Origin: Patescibacteria group bacterium | GTDB lineage: Bacteria > Patescibacteriota > Microgenomatia > Curtissbacterales > GWA2-41-24 | Direction of reading: 5' to 3' | Assembly: GCA_038063735.1 (NCBI GenBank) | Contig: JBBTUN010000006.1 | Coordinates: 8,485-72,484 of the forward strand | DNA length: 64,000 nt | Shown: piece after piece, positions 60,481 through 64,000 of the stretch | Layout of the letters: each line of letters starts with the position of its first letter | Numbering within the stretch: position 1 is the first letter of the stretch | Translations under genes and position numbers: made by a program | Notes under the pieces: model-generated | What the model was told of the DNA's origin: nothing | What the model saw: the letters and a program-made list of their open reading frames with translations, nothing else | Databases searched by the model: none

Positions 60481-60687
60481 TTACCTCTCAATTGTAAACA
60501 ATTTTTCAATTGTCGTGTTAAAGTATTTCGCAATTTTAAGTGCAAGTAACACAGAAGGTGTATAGTTGCCTTTTTCTATAGCAATGATTGTTTGGCGGGT
60601 TACGCCAATTGATTTTGCCAATGCTTCTTGCGTAACATTCTTTTTAACCCTAAATTCTTGTAAGTAATTAATAACTTTTTCAGACAT
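60481..60687 (-). CDS. XRE-family helix-turn-helix transcriptional regulator.
   Basis: 68 aa with LTQEALAKSIGVTRQTIIAIEKG, an HTH_3 motif. A possible extended -10 (TGATATAAT, minus strand) lies at 60698..60706. Confidence 0.85.
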   Translation of the reverse strand: MSEKVINYLQEFRVKKNVTQEALAKSIGVTRQTIIAIEKGNYTPSVLLALKIAKYFNTTIEKLFTIER

Positions 60688-60733
60688 AATTGCGTCTATT
60701 ATATCAATCTTGGAGGTCTTGAACGTACAATCC

Positions 60734-60855
60734 TACCAAACGCGTCTCTTTCAACAATAATTCTTTCTTTTCTAGGGTTTGGAGGCTTGAAGCTGAAGTG
60801 AAAAGATAAATATGAGTTTTTTCGTTGATTGTGCCTACTGATAGATTCATGAGGC
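60734..60855 (+). repeat. Composite intergenic repeat, copy R2 (lacks the 5' module).
   Basis: See R1. It lies between the XRE gene start and the stop of the 128-aa ORF. Confidence 0.7.
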
Positions 60856-60905
60856 TATTCTACCACCTCAAAACACCATAAATACGTAAACCACAGCCCC
60901 TTCAA

Positions 60906-61292
60906 CTAAGAAATATAATGTAAAGCGAATAAATGACCTTTGTAAGATATTGGGACAAGAATTACTGTTGTATCGACTATCCCTCCGGATTTTTTCTTCC
61001 AGGTTACTTTTGTTGTTGTGCCTTCCATTTTTTCCATCGCATTTTGATATGCGGTAACTAGTGCTTGTTGACTTTTACTCTCAACAAAAACCCCAGGAAA
61101 AGATCCATGCACGTCAACTTTAAACCATTCGTCGGGTGATGAGTATCCAAGGAGCGATGCAAATTTCTCATTGGCAACCCTGCAATCATCATCAAGAAAC
61201 GCATACATAGCTTGGCTTGAAGAATCAAAAATTTCCTGTTGCTCTTTGAAGAAACCGCTTACCAGCTCTCCATGATGTTGATGTTTATCCAT
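60906..61292 (-). CDS. Hypothetical protein.
   Basis: 128-aa ORF with no motifs recognised. Confidence 0.35.
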   Translation of the reverse strand: MDKHQHHGELVSGFFKEQQEIFDSSSQAMYAFLDDDCRVANEKFASLLGYSSPDEWFKVDVHGSFPGVFVESKSQQALVTAYQNAMEKMEGTTTKVTWKKKSGGIVDTTVILVPISYKGHLFALHYIS

Positions 61293-61424
61293 ATTATTTC
61301 ACCTCCCTCGTTAAATTTAACTTGATATTTTGCGACCTTCATCAATATTACCAACTAAGTTCTTTATTGCAAGTACATACAAAAATGTTTCATAGTGTAT
61401 TAATGTATACTATAGAAATAAACC

Positions 61425-61799
61425 ATGTTTAAAGTCCGGGATCAAACATATGATTGCTATATAGAGTTTACCCTTGAGATTATCGGAGGTAAATGGAAAA
61501 CGCTTATCCTCTGGCATCTTAAAGACGGAAAAAAACGCTTTGGCCAGTTAAGAAAACTTCTACCCAATTGCACCCAAAGGATGCTTACTCGTCAGCTGAG
61601 AGAATTAGAACACGATGGAATTGTGACTAGAAAGATTTTTCGGCAAATCCCTCCAAAAGTCGAGTATTCTCTCACAAATCGTGGAAAAACTCTGAAACCT
61701 GTTTTGGAGCTTGCCTGCGACTGGGGAATAAACAGGGCAAATGAACTGAACACAGTCAAACAGGTGGAGTTATATAGTAGTAATAATAAAATAGTTTAA
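61425..61799 (+). CDS. HxlR-type (MarR-like winged-helix) transcriptional regulator.
   Basis: YDCYIEFTLEIIGGKWKTLILWHL...RMLTRQLRELEHDGIVTRK, the HxlR family signature. Confidence 0.85.
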   Translation: MFKVRDQTYDCYIEFTLEIIGGKWKTLILWHLKDGKKRFGQLRKLLPNCTQRMLTRQLRELEHDGIVTRKIFRQIPPKVEYSLTNRGKTLKPVLELACDWGINRANELNTVKQVELYSSNNKIV

Positions 61800-61862
61800 A
61801 ACTTAAACTGAGGTGGTTGGGAGTAAACTATCCGACCAAACGAGTCTCTTTCAATAATCCAC
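61794..61862 (+). repeat. Composite intergenic repeat, copy R3 (5' modules only). It overlaps the HxlR stop codon.
   Basis: gtttaaaacttaaactgaggtggttgggagtaaactatccgaccaaacgagtctctttcaataatcc. Confidence 0.7.
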
Positions 61863-61865
61863 CTT

Positions 61866-63326
61866 TTAACATTTTCCGTCCTCCTTGATACTCCCGTCAG
61901 AGTTGGTATGGATACTTCTGCACTCACCGTTATACAAAATCTTAAGTTCCTGCTTACAATCGCCACCAATGGACTGCTTCGTAATAGTTGCCCCCGGATA
62001 CTTTGCGCTAACTCCAGATGGCAAGGTGCCTTGACCCCCACAATTGGAAGCAGGTTGTGGTGGCGGATTTCCAGCTGGCGGCGCAGTTGTTGGCGTTGGT
62101 GCTGGCTGTCCAGGCGTCGGCGGGTTAACAGGTACAGACGAACCTAATGTTCCTATTAAATATCCGGCAAGCAAATTGTAAGCATTGTTAGAATGGTTAC
62201 TGCCTTTACCACCCTTTGTCTGAAATGCGCTTGTCCCGTCTTTTCCACAAAAGTTAAGAATAGCTTGTGCGCCACCGGGATGGGAAGCAATGTAGCGCGT
62301 TACATCATATACTTTTCCCGAAATTATAAGCCAACAATTGGCAAGTGTATTATGGCCGGCGACCTCAGCAGGTGACAAGGTTAAACTCGGGTTTGGATTA
62401 GGATTAGGATTAGGGTTAGGGTTGACTGGGTTCCCAATCACCGGGTTTGGGACATTTGTTGGCAATGGTGGAGAAACCGCTACCGGCGTTCCACCACCCG
62501 GAGACCCGGAATTTAATGCAACGCTTGACCCCAAGTTACCAATAAAATAACTTCCCAGCAAATTACCGGCAAATTGTGAGTGGCCGCTTGCTGGACTTTT
62601 ATCCTTTGTTTGGAACCCGGCAGTGGCATCACGACCACAATAATTTAAAATGGCCTGCGCGCCACCCGGATGCTGGGAAATATAAGATGTTACGTTATAT
62701 ACATTGCCCGAAATTATAAGCCAACAATTGGCAAGTGTATTATGGCTGGCGACCTCGGCAGGAGTGAGTGTCAAACTTGAACTAACCGCCGATACCGAAG
62801 GTCTTGTCGTAGTAAGTGTATTTGGCAGCTTTGCAACGCTGGCACCCTTATCAGACGTTCCAGTATTTTGTGAATTAGCAGACGGCGCACTATCATTTTT
62901 AGGCAATTCGGAACCGAGCTCTCCCATAAAATAATTTGCCAGCATGTCATAAGCTGCCTTCGAATGGTCTTTGTTGGGGTTTTTGTCTTTTGTACTAAAC
63001 GCAACACTTGCATCCTTTCCGCAATAAGGTATTATGCTGCTGGCACCACCCGGGTGTTCATTCAAAAAAGTGCTGACGTTATAAACTTTATTGCTTATTA
63101 TTATCCAGCAGTTATCACCAGATGAGTGTTTTGCAACCTCATCCACAGTCAAATAATTTACAACACCCGAGGAACTCTCTCCTGCCCCACCCGATTTATC
63201 AGCGATTTGTCCAACGATGTTAGAGTTTTTTTTATTTTCGTGGATAATAAATGCAGAAGTTAAGATGGAAATTACCGCAATTAGATAAAAACATAGCGCG
63301 ACACCTACAAAAATTTTTATCTTCAT
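61866..63326 (-). CDS. Secreted protein with three tandem cytochrome-b5-like heme-binding domains joined by Pro/Asn-rich linkers, plus a Cys-containing C-terminus.
   Basis: Signal/TM N-terminus. Three repeats of CW(I/L)IIS(N/G)KVY(N/D)V(S/T)...HPGG(A)...(Y/F)CG(K/R)D(A/G)(S/T)..F.TK. HPGG is the cyt-b5 heme-ligand motif. (PN)n linkers. Confidence 0.7.
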   Translation of the reverse strand: MKIKIFVGVALCFYLIAVISILTSAFIIHENKKNSNIVGQIADKSGGAGESSSGVVNYLTVDEVAKHSSGDNCWIIISNKVYNVSTFLNEHPGGASSIIPYCGKDASVAFSTKDKNPNKDHSKAAYDMLANYFMGELGSELPKNDSAPSANSQNTGTSDKGASVAKLPNTLTTTRPSVSAVSSSLTLTPAEVASHNTLANCWLIISGNVYNVTSYISQHPGGAQAILNYCGRDATAGFQTKDKSPASGHSQFAGNLLGSYFIGNLGSSVALNSGSPGGGTPVAVSPPLPTNVPNPVIGNPVNPNPNPNPNPNPSLTLSPAEVAGHNTLANCWLIISGKVYDVTRYIASHPGGAQAILNFCGKDGTSAFQTKGGKGSNHSNNAYNLLAGYLIGTLGSSVPVNPPTPGQPAPTPTTAPPAGNPPPQPASNCGGQGTLPSGVSAKYPGATITKQSIGGDCKQELKILYNGECRSIHTNSDGSIKEDGKC

Positions 63327-63988
63327 TTGAGAATGATTTCGCTCAAAACCACTTCACGCGAGGGTATTCCCGTCACCCCGGCATCCAAATTCCCAATCGC
63401 CAACACTACATCCATCCCCAAAACAACTTTTGCAAAAATCGTATTCTGACCATTCAGCCAACTACTATCGGCTGTAAGAATTAAAAATTGGCTGCCGTTG
63501 CTATCCTTACCCTCATTTGCCATAACCAAAGTTCCCGCAAGCATCTGGTCTTCAGAGTGGATTTCATCAGCAAAAGTATAACCTGGCCCACCATGTCCCC
63601 ATTGGGCGACAAGGCTCTTGTCCTTGGACAGTGGATCCCCACCCTGTATCGCAAAACCCTTTACTATTCTATGGAACCTAGTGCCATCATAAAAACCTTC
63701 ATCAGCCAGTTTAATAAAATTAGAAACTGTATTCGGTGCCCCTGTTTTGTCAAACTTTATCTCAATTTTTCCAAAATTTGTTACCAATACTGCACCGCCA
63801 ACTTTTGACGGATCCAAACTTTCCTTGGCCCTTAAGTCCACGCTTCCCGGGGATTGTTTAATTATCGTATAGGCCAAAAATCCGACAGAGCCTACAGCAA
63901 AAACCGAAAGGAAACAAAAAACCAAAAACAACCACAAATGCCTCGCAACTATTTTCTTCATTATTACTCCAAAATACAAATTCTTCAC
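63323..63988 (-). CDS. Cyclophilin-type peptidyl-prolyl cis-trans isomerase, membrane-anchored/exported.
   Basis: N-terminal TM. TRFHRIVKGFAIQGGDP and ANEGKDSNGSQFLI are cyclophilin signatures. Confidence 0.85.
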   Translation of the reverse strand: MKNLYFGVIMKKIVARHLWLFLVFCFLSVFAVGSVGFLAYTIIKQSPGSVDLRAKESLDPSKVGGAVLVTNFGKIEIKFDKTGAPNTVSNFIKLADEGFYDGTRFHRIVKGFAIQGGDPLSKDKSLVAQWGHGGPGYTFADEIHSEDQMLAGTLVMANEGKDSNGSQFLILTADSSWLNGQNTIFAKVVLGMDVVLAIGNLDAGVTGIPSREVVLSEIILK

Positions 63989-64000
63989 AATTATACCAAA

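Overview
This 64 kb window looks like a compact, low-GC (about 40%) bacterial chromosome segment. It has many short hypothetical and membrane proteins, and ribosomal and repair proteins with lysine-rich tails. That is compatible with a small-genome, Patescibacteria/CPR-like organism, but this is an inference.

Housekeeping genes are gyrB and gyrA (with a 176-aa ORF between them), carA-carB, pyrH, xerC/D-like recombinase, ruvC, yebC, efp, tRNA-Leu(CAA), dnaB, rpmE, prfA, rpsF-ssb-rpsR, ychF, lspA and a RluA-type pseudouridine synthase.

Notable blocks:
- A type IV pilus module on the minus strand (pilB-pilT-pilC-pilin), followed directly by a DUF2723/TMEM260-like GT-C glycosyltransferase, a YfhO-like membrane protein and a GT2 polyprenyl-phosphate sugar synthase. 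This looks like a putative pilin/protein O-glycosylation locus.
- A three-gene SucC-like, SucD-like and short citrate-synthase-like cluster, resembling citryl-CoA synthetase plus citryl-CoA lyase (split ATP-citrate-lyase-type citrate cleavage).
- A 3'-terminal accessory-like region of about 10 kb with an envelope redox theme: a DUF305 protein, a spermidine-synthase-fold membrane protein, membrane-anchored MsrB, a DipZ-like CcdA-thioredoxin fusion, thioredoxin, XRE and HxlR regulators, a secreted protein with three cytochrome-b5-like domains, and a cyclophilin.

Two unrelated families of non-coding repeats were found by eye:
- A conserved, structured-looking core of about 70 nt occurs immediately after gyrB and after tRNA-Leu. 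Each copy is followed by an imperfect duplicate of the last roughly 25 nt of the upstream gene.
- A composite element of about 150 nt occurs in three copies in the accessory region.

No rRNA genes or CRISPR arrays were seen.
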